From positions 42,346,001 through 42,410,000 of the forward strand of contig CM075982.1 in assembly GCA_038087875.1 (NCBI GenBank): 64,000 nucleotides of DNA. Direction: 5' to 3'. The DNA is from Malacoraja senta (Eukaryota). Positions 25,701 through 40,700 of the stretch are shown here, in pieces. A program made the translations under genes and the position numbers. The notes beneath the pieces are model-generated. The model worked only from the letters and a program-made list of their open reading frames with translations, made no database searches and was not told the DNA's origin. The stretch's first letter is position 1, and every line of letters begins with the position of its first letter.

Positions 25701-28700
25701 TATATAGATGTAATGGTTCGAGAAGTTTGATAACCTCAACCCCTGCTCTAACCTTGTTCCATACCAAAATATAGGATGGAAACGACAAAGGTGAAGTTTG
25801 ACCTTAACTACAAGGTTAACCAACCAGAACCACGAGATGAGCGTTTGTGTTCGATCAACAACGGGGTCTAGAAAAAAAATGTCCTTGATTGTTTGTCCTC
25901 TATAAAGATCCAATTACCTCCGATGGATACTAGTGTTGAGGGACATGTGGCACATAAGCATCTAATTAACTTGACAATTCACACAAATAATGGAATCTAA
26001 CTTATTATTCAGAAACCATTTGTCTTTTGAACAGATGCTGCAAAAAATGATAGATTCTGGCAATAATTAGAAGGTTTCTGCTGCAAAATTATAAAACGGC
26101 AGAAATGTTTTCAACTTAAGAGTAACAACTTCCAAACCACTTACACATTTGATTAGCTCCAGAGGTTCAGATAATTCAGGGGCCTTCTGTGGAGAAACTA
26201 CTCCCCCACATTCCACAATCACGAACATACTATCGGAAGCCTCTTCTGTGGAATGGTTGGGTTCCTGGGATTGATCTGAAGTGGACTGTTCTTGATGGGT
26301 TTCAGAGGAAGCTGATAGTCCATGATCGAAATGTGCGGAGTTATCTGTTGGAAGACTGCCCGACCAACTGGCTAAACTGTCCTCCTGTCAATAAATGGAA
26401 GTGGTGGGGCCGGGAGAGGGGAAGGCAGGGGCAAAACAAACACAAAAAAAAGCTTTCAGCTAAACTTGAAAGGACTTCCAAGTCAACAAATAATTTTGTG
26501 GCAACTCAAAATAAATTACAAATCCAAAAGGATTTTGCAACCAAACAATAAGCTATTTAAACCAAGGACTAAGAAGGACACAAAGCACTGGAGTAACTCA
26601 GCTGTTCAGGCAACATCCCTGAAGAACATGGAGAGGTGACATTTCGGGTCCGCACCCTTCTTCGGACTCTCAAGAGATGCTGCCTGGCCCGCTGAGTTAC
26701 TCCAATGCTTTGTGTTCTTCATTGTAAACCAGCATCAGCAATTCTTTTTTGGAATTTCTGTCCTGGGCCTTCTCCATTGCCAAAGCGAGGCCACAGGCTA
26801 AGTGAATGAATAGCATCTCATATTCCACTTGGGTAGCCTATAAATCAAAGGTATGAACATTGAATTCTCCACTTTTAGGTAACACAAACCACCACTTTTT
26901 TTCTTTATACCCATTCGCTTCCCTATGCACTACCCGGGTGAGCACTATCCTGACCCCCTACCCCCAATCCCATATACCCTGCCACCTATATCCCTTCCCG
27001 ACTTCACATTTCATTCTGCGTTTCTCCTTATCTTATCCCCTTATCTCCTTTTCATCTCACCTCTCCCCACCCATCTGCCAGTCAACACCCCCGCACCACC
27101 TGCTTGCACCTATCACTTGCAGTGCTTTGCCCTGCCCTATACTTTTCAAGCTTTCTCCACCATACCACTATATCTGAAGGAGGCTTCCCATCCAAAACAT
27201 CATCGATCCTCCATAGATGTTGCTTGACCTGCTGAATTAGTCCAGCACTTTGTTTCTTTTGTAAACCAGCATCTGCAGTTCATTGGTTCTGCATTAACTT
27301 AGTTCCTCTTTTAACAGATGCTCCTTGAGCATTTACAGCACTTTCTTATTATTTCTGAAATCCGCATTTATTTTGCTTTCACATGCAAGTTATGTACACT
27401 GAGTTTTCCCAATTTGACTCTTGTTGAATTTTGGGATCACAGAATGATCTATCAAAAATATACTTTATTTAATTTTCCATACTCCCCTAGAACCCTGCAC
27501 TAACTGTGTTTGAGGTTTATATAATGACATGGAATCTCAAAGTATTTGGAATTATACACTTTGTTTGTCCTATTTTATATCATCTGGATGTTACATAAAT
27601 ATGAAATAATACTTTGTATATTTAAAATCCTGTTCACTTCCAACTGGGTTCAACAATTATCCGAGATTTGAGCAAATTGAAAAGGCTGTTTGTTTGAAGT
27701 GCTTAATTAATTATTGAAGATATAAAGCAAATAGTTGGAAAATCAGACGCTGTCCCACACAAGAGATTAGTGTGCAAAATTAGAGCACATGGTATTGGGG
27801 GTAGGGTATTGACATGGATAGAGAACTAGTTGGCAGTCAAGAAGCAAAGAGTAGGAATTAACGAGTGCTTTTCAGAATGGCAGGCAGTGACGAGTGGGGC
27901 GCCGCAAGGCTCGGTGCTGGAACTCGTTATTTACAATATATATTAACAAATTAGATGAGGGAATTAAATGTGACATCTCCAAGTTAGCAGATGATACAAA
28001 GTTGGGTGGCAGTGCAAACTGCGATGAAGATGCTATGAGGCTGCACGGTGACTTGGATAGGTAGGGTGAGTGGGCAGATGCAGTATAATTTGGATAAATG
28101 TGAGGTTATCCACTTTGCAAGAACAGGAAGGCAAATTATTATCTGAATGGTGTCAGATTAGGAAAAGGGGAGGTGCAATGAGACCTGGGTATGCTTAGGT
28201 TCACCAGGTTAATTCCCGGGATGGCGGGACTGACATATTATGAAAGAATGGGTCGACTGGCCTTGTATTCACAAGAATTTAGGATGAGAGGGGATCTTAT
28301 AGAAACATATAAAATTCTTAAAGGATTGGACAGGGAGGATGCAGGAAAAACGTTCCCGATGTTGGGGGAGTCCAGAACCAGGGTTCTCAGTTTAAGAATA
28401 AGGGGGAGGCCATTTGGGACTGAGATGAGGTGAAACCTTTTCACCAAGAGGGTTGTGAATGTGGAATTCTCTGCCACAGACAGCAGTGGAGGCCAAATCA
28501 CTGGATTTTTTCAAGAGCGAGTTAGATTTAGCTCTTTGGGCTATAGGAATCAAGGGATATGGGGGAAAAAAGCAGGAACGGGGTACTGATTTTAGATGAT
28601 CAGCCATGATCATATTGAATGGTGGTGCTGGCACGAAGGGCCGAATGGTCTACTCCTGCATCTATTTTTCTATGTTCACGTTGACTCTAGACTCCATCAT

Positions 28701-31700
28701 CTAACGAGATACATTATAGCCCTCAGGACTTCACATTTCAGTTAACCAGCTTTTCCAGTTTGCACGAGAATCTGAAATCTGAGCAAGAGTCCCAACCCAT
28801 GTTGTTGCCTGTCTATTCCCTTCCTTAGATGCTGCCAGACCCACTGGATTGCTCCAACACTGTGTTTTGCTTAAGATTCCAGCATCTGCAGTTCATTGTC
28901 TCCATTGTATCAGAATCAGCTACTTTTGATGAAAAGTCATTAACCTGTAACGTAGAAACAAAGAGTTGCAGACAGAAAAGGACAAGTGCGGGAGTAACTC
29001 AGCAGTTCAGGCAGCATCTCTGGAGAACATGGCGAGGCGACGTTTTAGGATGAGACCCTTCTTCAGTTCTTCTCTACATTGGTGCTGCCTTAATTGTTAT
29101 ATAATTCTAGCATTCACTTACTTCACATCTTCAGCAATGCAATATTTTGTTCCTCTAAGTTATAAAATGTTTATTTTCCCTCTATACTGTTCTCATTAAT
29201 CTCCTTTTATTTATCATTCCTTTTATTGATCAATTAACAAGCCTACACCCACTCAAACTGCACCATATCCACCTCCCGCCTGCCAGACTTTGTTCTCCAC
29301 ACCCTTCCACCTTCCCTGTAACTTAAAACATGCTTTTAGTTTCATTTAGAGTGGAAGAAGGCCCTTCGGCCCACCGAGTGTGCGCCGACCAGCGGTCCCT
29401 GTACACTAGCACTATCCTACACAGTAGGGACAATTTACAATTTTTATGGAAGCCAATTAACCTACAAACCTGTATGTTTTTGGGAGGAAACCCACGTGGT
29501 CACAGGGAGAATGTACAAACTCCGCACAGACAGCACCCATAGTCAGGATCAAACCCGGGTTTTTGGCATCGTAAGGCAGCAACTCTATACCTGTGCCACC
29601 GTGCTTGTTTTCTACCTTTGCTTAATTTTGATTTTAAAAATGCACCAACCTGAAACGTTAACTCTGTTTCGTAATCCACAATGTTGCTTGCTGTCAATTT
29701 CCAGTCTTTTTTAAATTAATATTTTTTTAATAATTAGCTTTCCTGATCATCTCCAAAAGATAATAACTGAAGCTTAAATTCAGAAAGCTTAAAAAGAACT
29801 TTGATTGAAATGTTCAACTTTTTGAAAACACGCCTCCTTTCTCTCTCCCTTTTCGCACTCACAATTAGCTGCTGAAGAACAGTAATCCCAGTATGATACA
29901 AACATGAACCTGCCGCTGCTACTGGAATTTTAGATCTGTCAAATTTATATTGCAACTATTGCCTACGCAAAATTGCACAAGGGATATCAGTTTCTCTCAT
30001 TCGCTACAGTAATACCCATCAGTCAAATGTGTAATGCTGTTGTAAAATAGGATTAAACTAATGAAACATGTTTGTGCTCAATGTATTTACAAAATGTGGC
30101 TGCAACCTTCCTTCCAAATACAAACATTAAAACATGCATTTAATTGAAATTCTAATAATTATTCAAGTACTCCACCACAAAATTATCTAACCTGCTTTAT
30201 CGTAACAGAAGTGGGCTGCGAAATAGCTTCCACGGTGACGGGCTCTTGTTTTAAAGATGGCTGAAACAGAATTTAAGAAACTATTTTTCAATGCAAGTAA
30301 ATTATTTCCTGCCCTTTAACAACAATCAGGAAGTCTGTGACCTATTTTAGGCAGAAACTGGAAAGAGACGACTTGCACAAATTGTATCGTGGAATCTCAA
30401 TCAATCATCCAGGATGGCAGGCTAAGGAAATTAGTTCCATTCTTACTAGAAATACTATTTGGTGGGATCTTGGAAATGAAGAAAAAAAATAACTTGCTCT
30501 TTCTTCCCCCCCCCATTAAGCTATACAGAAATCAATGGCCTTTTGTGTAATAAAACTATAACTAAGGACAGTACAAAAATATACATGTATTCAAGTATAG
30601 AATATATGTATATTTAACCCAAATGAAAAGAAAACTGAGAACACGTCACAACTTTTTTCAATTCCCTCGCAGGATTCAATTGCTGCCCGAGCCCAAAAAG
30701 TTCTCAGTAATTTATTACTCTATTAATCGAGACCCTTAATCGACTTCTCTCTCCAGCGAATACAAAAAGACATGATAGCATTATTCCAAGAACAAGATCA
30801 CCCCAAATTTATCTCTCAACCAACATTGATTAGGAAATAAGCCTGGAAAGTCCTCTAGAACATCATTTTTTGCAATGGGGCTATGTAATGCAAAAATAGC
30901 CTATATACTGTTTCACAATATTTTATATGAATAAAAGGGACATTATTTTGGAAATAGTAATAGTATATTTTGCATTTATCATTCAGTTCTGATTTTAAAA
31001 CTTTCCCATTATGGAGACTACCCTAACGTCAGCTAGCAACATTAACAAAAGTTAATAAAGCTTGAATGCTGCAGGAATTCCTCTCTGAACTTTTGCAGAA
31101 TACAAACCTGTGTCACTGTGGTTCTGAAACACTGGATTTCACCATCCTCTGAATGAGTAAATAAAAACATTGGCATATTCTGGTTACCATCTTGCAAGTA
31201 GCCTTCCATCTCCACCTTCCTCTTCATTGTAGAGTTCCAATGGTTTTTTACAGCATTGTCCGTCCTGTCATTCAAAAAATATTAATCCATCTCTCTTTAC
31301 ATGTTTCTTCACATCCTCCCAAACTGAACCGACTTTAGCTACCTGCTCTATTAGTTCTCCTGCGATTTAACTGTCAGATTTTACTTGGTAAAATGCTTCA
31401 GTAAAACATCCTGGGTTAAGATTGTACATTAACATAAGATATTAGTTTTACCAAGCCGACTTAACTGTAAATTCAAAATGTACATATTTCCCTCACTAAA
31501 GGCGAAAAATAATTGGTTCACACATCATCTATGTCTTTTAAATACATTCAGCCCGCAAGACCAATCTGGTGTTTTCCTGCTTTTATTCATATTGTTTTTT
31601 TCCTAATTCTTTAACAATTTATTGCATCTCTTATAATGCAATATTTGAACCTTTGAATAAAAATGTGCATTTTTGATCTGTAATAGAATAATTGTATTAT

Positions 31701-34700
31701 TCATTTACCCTTCATTCCCAAATTCATGTTTGTGGACGTACTTTCCCAGTGTTATTTATGCTCCTTTGCCTTACTCAATGTCTTCAAATGTGCTCCCCTC
31801 TGCCATTTTGTAATTTTAAGGAGGCTAACAGCCATTCATCCAAAAGTATTCATCAAACATTTGCCTCAGTGCAACAGTGACAGCACATGGGGGCATCATG
31901 TCAGATAATTATATCAGAATATATCTGGGACTGTCAACAAACAGCTCTTGCAGCCAAAGTGGGTCATTCAGCTCCTGCTAATTTCAAATCACATAGAAAA
32001 CAAACAAATAGAAATGATTATTAGCATCCTATCATTGATCATCTTAAAATCTCAGGGAGACGGAGTGGAACACTTGCCTCCCCGGTAGCAGTTTTGCAAT
32101 CTCTGCCCACCGGTTGCCGAGGACCTTGTGCGCTTCGTAAATAATCTTGTCCTCCTCTTCTGTCCAAGATGATTTCTTAACCTCCGGATTGAGGTGATTA
32201 TGCCAGCGTTCACGGCACTGCTTGCCAAGTCTCCCTTTCAGAAGTCTAGCAATCAATGACCAACGTTTTGGCCCGTACTTCTGAACTAATTCAATTACCT
32301 TCATAAAACAAGAGGAGGCAAAGATCAGTTCGTTCTTCCTGCTGCTCTGTGCATATATATTCTCTTTAACTCATACAATTGGACATTTATTTCAGACTTC
32401 CCAGTGCAACACGCCAAAAGAAAACGTGAGCAAGCCGAATTGAGCCTTCCGACAACATTGCTATAGTTAGGTACACTGAACAGCAAAGAAAAGCCAGGTG
32501 CTGTGCTCTCCAACATTTATGCTCCTCAATCCAAGGGTGAAACATTAGAAATTAGATGAACAATAGGGCAGCACGGTGGTGCAGTGGCAGAGTTGCTACC
32601 TTGCAGCGTGAGAGACCCGGCTTCGATCCTGACTATGGGTGCTGTCTGTACGGAGTTTGTAAGTTCTCCCCGTGACCTGCGTGGGTTTTCTCCAGTTTCC
32701 TCCCACTCTCCAAAGATGAAAAGGTTTGCAGGTTAATTGGTTTGGTAAAGATTATAAATTGTCCCAAGTGTAAATGTGCAAGGATCGCTGGTTGGCACAG
32801 ACTTGGTGGGCCGAAGGGCCTGTTTCCACACTATCACTAAACTAAACTAGGTAATTCCATCTGTCTGCCATTAAGATTATAACTTTTCTTTTAACTGCTT
32901 TTCTCAATATCCCTCAATTCTGTTTGGATTCCAAAGTATATCAATCTTTATCATGAATATACTAAATGAATGCTGTGGTTACAAAGATTCACAATTTCGT
33001 GAATTTTTTCAATCTCAGTCCAAAATGACAAACTCCATATAATAAAACCTCAAATCCTAATTCTAAATCTTCTCATCTGCTCTATCAAATCCTTTAAGAA
33101 TGTTGTTTATTTCAATAAGATATATTTTAATTTGTTTAAATTCTTAAGGGCCTGTCCCACTTACGCAATTTTTTCGGCGACTTGCCAGCACCCGTCATAG
33201 TCGCAGCAGGTCGCCAGAAAATTTCAAAATGTTGAAAATCCAGCGGCGACCAGAAAAAGGTACGACTCTTTGGGCGACTACTCACGACCAAACAGGCGTC
33301 AAAGAGTAGTACCTTTTTCTGGTCGCCGCTGGATTTTCAACATTTTGAAATTTTCCGGCGACCTGCTGCGACTATGACGGGTGCCGGCAAGTCGTTGAAA
33401 AAAATCGGGTAAGTGGGACAGGCCCTTTCGGAATAGAGGCCAAATATTCTCAGTCTTGTGATCATTTACTACAAAACAAAAACTAATCACTATAACTTAG
33501 GTGCGGTCTCATGAATCCCAAGATCTTATTTTAATACAGTTCCTTATTTTAAAATAAACATTGGCATATATACGTCAATACTCACTATATAATTTAGTCT
33601 TCTACTTGATTTTTGTACCTACATGTATGTAAAACACAGAAAAAAAGATCCATCTCTCTCTCCAAACTCTGATGCTTCCAGGATTCTCACATTTATTAAT
33701 GACATTCCACATTGATCTTTTTGACCAAAGTGGATAGTTTCATGTATATCCATATTCAAACCACATTCGTACAGTCACATAACTGATCTGTATTCCTTTG
33801 AAACCCTATTGGGCCCTCCTCATGGTTTACTTGCCTATACTGCTTTATATTGTCAGCTAACTTGAATTTATTACCATAAAACCACAAGACACAGGTGCAA
33901 AATTAGTCTACTCCACCATTCGATCATGGATGATTGATTTTCCCCCTCTCAAACCCATTCTTCTGCCATCCCCCAGTAACCTTTGATACCCTTACTAATC
34001 AAGATCCTATTAATTTAGTTTAGTTTAGAAATGCAGCATGGAAACAGGCTCTTTGGCCCACCGAGTCCGCACCGACCAACAATCCCTCCACACTAACATT
34101 ATCCTACACACACTATTTTACCAAGCCAATCACCCTGCAAACCTGTATGTCTTTGGATTGCGAGAGGAAACAGGAGCTCCCAGAGAAAACCCATGCAGGT
34201 CATGGGGAGAATGTACAAAATCCAGACAGGTAGCCCTCTTAGTCAGGATCAAACCTGGGTCTCTGGCACTGTAAGTCAGCAACTCTAGTGCTGCGTCACC
34301 ATGCCACCCACAATCTACGCTTTAAAAATACCCAATGACATCTCCTCCACGGCCGTCTGTGGCAATGAATTCCAGATTCATTACCATTGGCTTTAGAAAT
34401 TCCTCCTCATCTCCATTTTAAAGATACATCCTTTTATTCTAAGGCTATGCCCACAGGCCCTAGATTCCCTCCACTACTGGAGGGTTGCAATCAAACCCTC
34501 ACACCCGAATAATTAAGATTGTAAATCACCAAGACCAAGAAGTGATTTTCCCACTACCCCATTATTTACAACCTGACAAATCAAAAAGGGCTGGACACAG
34601 TTTCTGGAGTAACTCAACAGGACAGGCAGCATTTCTCAATAGAAGGAATGGGTGATGTTTCATGTTGAGACCCTTCTGCAGACTGTAAACCAGGAGGGAC

Positions 34701-37700
34701 AGAGACAGTGATAGGAAGGGTAAGGTGCGAAAACATTTATTTATATAGCCATTTATCTGTTAACTCATTATATTCATTTTGTGTGCACTGATAGCAAGGT
34801 CAGCATTTACTGCCATTTTCTAACTGCTCTTGATAAGGTAGCAATGAGCTACATTGGATATTTTTCAGAATCAGGATTACATGAGACTTGAAGGGCAAGC
34901 TGTAAGTGCTAATGCCACCATCGCCCGTTTTGCAGGTATAGGTTATATCTATTTGATTCAGGGAATTTGTTGGTTTCTGGTCCACCACTTCTTTCATTTA
35001 CTAGTATTAATTTATTCATGTTACTTATTCTCACTAGAAAGTTGGTCAGCAATATTTTTGGAATGTTGTTATGCATCTGTCTTCCCAGTAAAAAAAATGC
35101 AAGGCATTTGTGTAATAGAAAAACTTGCCTCATGTATTAATTTAACATCACATCCTTTATTTCCCTTTATAGGCGTCAACATTTCATTTTATATCTCTTC
35201 AAGAGTGTTTAATTGCCATTTGTTTACAGAGCTGGAACAATAAAATTCTTGCTTGCTATACTTGTCCCAAGTTTATAAGTCTCAAGTTTAATACCTTTGC
35301 CATTATTTCACTATATAATTTGTGCTTGCAAGGAATCCACACTTTAAACAATTGTATACCTCTTGATAGAGCAAATAGAATCTAATAGCAAACTATCAAT
35401 TTCTTGGTAATCCTTTGCGGAAATCAAAAATCCTCCTTAACTTCAGGCTTACTTCCCTTCTTGGTGAAGTAAGGGGACCTCCCTTACTCCCCTTCAATCC
35501 CACTATCATCCCACTATCTTTAACTAATCCTTTTAGCTAAGGTTGCTTTCATTTCTCATGGGTTATTTTATACTTGGTAGAAAATTGTAAGTCACCACGT
35601 TGGAATTCACTGCTATAAATCCAAGCTCAATGGTTCTACTTGATTTTTAACTTAGAACTATATTAACCAGGCCTCGGAAGTAATAAACTTATGAACTACA
35701 AAATCTAAACCTTTTATTATCAATCATTACCTTCTGGTCTTCTTCCTTCGTCCACGGACCTTTTACTAGATCTGGATTCAGAACCTTCAGCCACCGATGT
35801 TGGCACTGCGTATCTGTTCGGTTCTGCAAAACAAAAATCAAAAGTATAATTAACCTAATTACCAGGGTACTTAAGGAAGTGGCCCTAGAAATCATGGACG
35901 TATTGGTGATCATTTTCCAATGTTCTCTAGATTCAGGATCAGTTCCTGTGGATTGGAGGGTAGCTAATGTTATCCCACTTTTTAAAAAGAGAAAACAGGG
36001 AACTATAGACCAGTTAGCCTGACGTCGGTGGTGGGGAAGATGCTGGAGTCAATTATAAAAGATGAAATAGCGGCACATTTGGATAGCAGTAGCAGGATCG
36101 GTCCGAGTCAGCATGGATTTACGAAGGGGAAATCATGCTTGACTAATATTCTGGAATTTTTTGAGGATGTAACTAGGAAAATGGACAAGGGAGAGCCAGT
36201 GGATGTAGTGTACCTGGACTTTCAGAAAGCATTTGATAAGGTCCCACATAGGAGATTAGTGGGCAAAATTAGAGCACAAGGTATTGGGGGTGGGGTGCTG
36301 ACATGGATAGAAAATTGGTTGGCAGACAGGAAACAGAGTAGGGATTAACGAGTCCCTTTCAGAATGGCAGGCAATGACTAGTGGGGTACCGCAAGGCTCG
36401 GTGCTGGGACTGCAGCTATTTACAATATATATTCCAATCTACATTAATGATTTAGATGAAGGGATTAAAAGTAACATTAGCAAATTTGTAGATGACACAA
36501 AGCTGGGTGGCAATGTGAACTGTGAGGATGCTATGAGGATGCAGGGTGACTTGGACAGGTTGGGTGAGTGGGCAGATGCATGGCTGATGCAGTTTAATGG
36601 GGATAAATGTGAGGTTATCCACTTTTTATTTTGGCAAAAACAGGAAGGCAGATTATTATCTAAATGGTGTCAAGTTGGGAAAAGGGAAAGTATAACGGGA
36701 TCTGGGGGTCCTTGTTCATTAGTCACTGAAAGTAAGCATGCAGGTACAGCAGGCAGTGAAGAAAGCGAATGGCATGTTGGCCTTCATAACAAGAGTTGAG
36801 TATAGGAGCATTGAGGTCCTTCTGCAGTCGTACAGGGCCCTAGTGAGACCACATCTGGAGTACTGTGTGCCGTTTTGGTCTCCAAATTTGAGGAAGGACA
36901 TTCTTGCTATTGAGAGAGTGCAGCGTAGCTTCACAAAGTTAATTTCCGGGATGGCGGGACTGTCATATGTTGATAGAATGGAGCGGCTGGGCTTGTATAC
37001 TCTGGAATTTAGAAGGATGAGAAGGGATCTTATTGAAACATATAAGATTATTAAGGGTTTGGTCACGCTAGAGGCAGGAAACATGTTCCCGGTGTTGGGG
37101 GAGTCCAGAACCAGGGGCCATAGTTTAAGAATAAGGGGTAAGCCATTTAGAACGGAGATGAGGAAATACTTTTTCACACAGAGTTGAGAGTCTGTGGAAT
37201 TCTCTGCCTCAGTGGAGGCCGGTTCTCTGGATGCTATCAAGAGAGAGTTAGATAGAGCTCTTGAAGATAGCAGAGTCAAGGGATATGGGATAAGGCAGGA
37301 ACGGGGTACTGATTGCGGATGATCAGCCATGATCACATTGAATGGCAGTGCTGGCTCTAAGGGCCAAATGGCCTACTCCTGCACCTATTGTCTAATCAAT
37401 AAAAAGTAGAAATTGCATAAGTGAGTAGACAGGTTATTTGGTTATCTCAGTCTCCTGCCATCTCCATCGCCACTACTAGACTTGGTATACTTGTCTCTTT
37501 TTAATTGGATGTTGCCTCAACATAATTTCTGATAATGTTTGATCAGCCTCCACATGCACTCAGCCAATTAGTTCTGATTCCTTGATCATTAATTCCCTTC
37601 GGTAAGAAGATCACATCACTCTTGCCGTTACCTTCCAAGGCACCGGACATTGCATCTGCTCATGATGCCAGAAATATCAAGACTAATCCCTCTCCTTCAC

Positions 37701-40700
37701 ACACATCTTAGGAAGTAGTGTTTCAGTTTTAGTACCATTGCTATCTTTCCACTGACTTTGTTGTAGCCACTCTTTCGAGGACCATTCAAATAAAGATGTC
37801 ATAATTAGGACCAGTATCAAAACACAGCCATACAGTAATTGCACTTGTGCTTCCCTTCAATTCAGAACATCATGTTCCATATTCACCAACACTACCCACT
37901 ATTCTGAAGCCAAAATGGCATGAGGTGATCTCCTTGCAAATGTCTCTATTTCCTTTTGGAGATATGTTATTGGCTTTGCTGAGGTTATATATTTGAAGTT
38001 CCCCTCTCCAACTAGTTTCCAGTTGTAACGAACCTCAGCACCGAATGGTATCGTGCCTCAAACTTTACTTACATATTTGGTTTGAACATTTGAGTTTATC
38101 AAGCTTCAGAAATCTCTTTACTTGTTCCTACCATAATCTTCTACCTACTTTCCACCAATTCAAATTGCTGATAATATATACAGCAATAAGTCAGCACACT
38201 CTCACCTACTGGTTGGCCTGCAGTAGATGTCATACCTTAATCAGCAAAAAAAACTACAGTAACCCCTCGTTACAATGGACCATGGGGGGGGGGGGGGGGG
38301 GGGGAGAGAAATGGTGTCTGTTGTTGCTGATTGTCCATTATAACCAAGTAAGGGATAATCATTGTATTAGTCGCAGAAACAAAAAATTGCAGTTGCCGGC
38401 TTAAGACACAAAGTGCTGGAGTAACTCAGCAGGTCAGGGAACATCTCTGGAAAACATGGATAGGTAACTTTTCAGGTCGAGACCCTTCTTCTGACTCTTG
38501 GTCCAGAACAGGGCCTGGAATCCAGTTGAGTTGACGGTCTCTGCCTCCTGGTGACCAGGGGAGAGGTGAGGATCGGCGGAATCAATGGTCGTGACCTGCA
38601 AGCGGCTGGAGTGCAGGTAAGGGTCGGCGGTGGCAGGTTGCGGCCTGGAAGCGGCGCAAGCAGAGGGTGATATGGGCAGCCGGGGCTGTAAGCGTCAGAG
38701 GAGGCAGTATGAGTCAGTGGTGGCATAGGCAACCGAGGCTGTAGGGGGCAGGGGAGCGGGTGTGAGCCAGGGGTGGCGTGGGCAACCTGCACGTAAGTGG
38801 CAGGAGAGGGGATATGAGCTGGTCATGGTGGGTCAGTCTGCAAATATACAAGTTTTAAAACTGCATTGAGTACGGCTCAGAGAGGAAGCAAGTGAGCCTT
38901 TAAGTAATTGGTACTTAATAATAGTTACAAGTTTTAGATAATAAGCGTTGAAGCAACTGGTACTTATGTTATTTTTAGAGATGGGAGAACAATGTGAACT
39001 AGTATTTGGATATAGCATAACAAATACTGTAAGCAAATGCTCAGAACTGTACCTACATCTTTAAAGCAGCACCCCCAGTTTCCTGGAGCCCAGATCAAGA
39101 CCACGAAAGCTCTACAGAACTGTGGACGCCTTCCAAGCAGTAAAGCGAGGAAAACTAGCAGTTAGCTAAAGAGTAAACAAATTCATTCACAAAGAAAGCA
39201 AGTTTACATTGCACCAAATTTGGAAATTAATGAGGACTAAGTTCCATAGAACTGCATTACTTGACTTAAAGGGAGCCATTATTCAACAATTGTAGGAATC
39301 TTGTACTTGATTGCTGGAAAGAGCTATGCACGACAAAATAGCATAATGGCATAACCTCTAACAAGAGAGTTTAGTCCCTGCTTACTAAATTTCAGGCCAG
39401 ACAATTTCTGGAAACAAAGCAAAGATTTGCTTTCTTTCTAAAAGCATTTAAAATTTCCAGACTCATCATTGTTTGTTTCACAGTACCCAAATCTAATTCC
39501 AGATGTTTAATTGCAAAATAAATGTTGTTTTCGAGGTCTACATTTACACTAATGGGAAGGTTGTATGCAAGGATTAATTTTTCTCATGAAGAACTAGACA
39601 ACAGTGACTCCCTTTAAAAGTCACAACTACAAAGATACTTACTGAGAAATTACTTGCTATAAGTCTCCAGTCATTTTTGCCAAATTGCTTTATCAGCTTC
39701 TTCAACCTTTCATCCTATACAAAAGTAAAAAGTTTAACTTAAACCCCCATAAAACGATTATCATTCATATTTTTAAGATAGACACAAAATGGTGGAGTAA
39801 CTCAGCGGGACAGGCAGCATCTCTGGAGAGAAGGAATGGGTGATGTTTCAGGTTGAGACCTTTCCTTAATCTTTGTTGGAGACACTGTTAAGTGCCTCTT
39901 ATAGGCACTATAATGGATATGTAAAATGACATGTTAATAGGTCTCTGTAAAACGTATCATAAGTTGTTCAAGCCCAAGAAACTGTGGGACAATGTAGAGA
40001 ATTCCCATACCTTTTCGATTAGATTGTGCAGTATATGGAAAAATGGCTCATTAGAATGTTGCTTTTATAATGGCTATACCATTATAAAAATGTGTACTGT
40101 AAATCCATTTAATGTTTGCATGCTTATGGTTGTTAGTACACAGAGTTATTCAGGTCAGTGGTATCATTAGCAGCAGCTTAAAGATATAAAGAAGTTGACT
40201 TTTAAAATTAACCTCATGGCTCTGGACAGCTGGCTAAGAATGTCACTGACTACCATATTCATTGTCAGCATAGTCAGAAACTGAATGCTGTCAAACATGC
40301 AAACTTTATCATCCTTAAGCAGATAATACTTCAGTGATTACAATAATAGTACCATAATCCTCATCCTTTATAAAAAAAGTAGGCGAGAACAATTCAGATA
40401 TCTTAACTATAATTTAATGTTCATTTAATTTCATAATTGGTTCTTATGATTGGGAAATTTTGCAAATCAAGTAAGATAAGAGGTCAAAGTATCAGGAATT
40501 TACTAGAGTGCGTAATTAAGGATAAAGTGACTGGTAACATTTGAAAACTTTTGGTTGATCACAGAAAGCCGGCATGGATGTAGTCATATAACTCACACCC
40601 AATGATTTTTTTTTTAATAAACATATTCTTTAGTGAGCAGGGGGATATCTGTGATGTTACTTAACATAACTAACCATAAGAATTTCAAAAAAATCTCTCA

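Noticed and set aside
29734-29955. Sense-strand 73-aa ORF in intron 7 as another possible exon
   Set aside because: No Myb similarity and no convincing phase-compatible splice pair.
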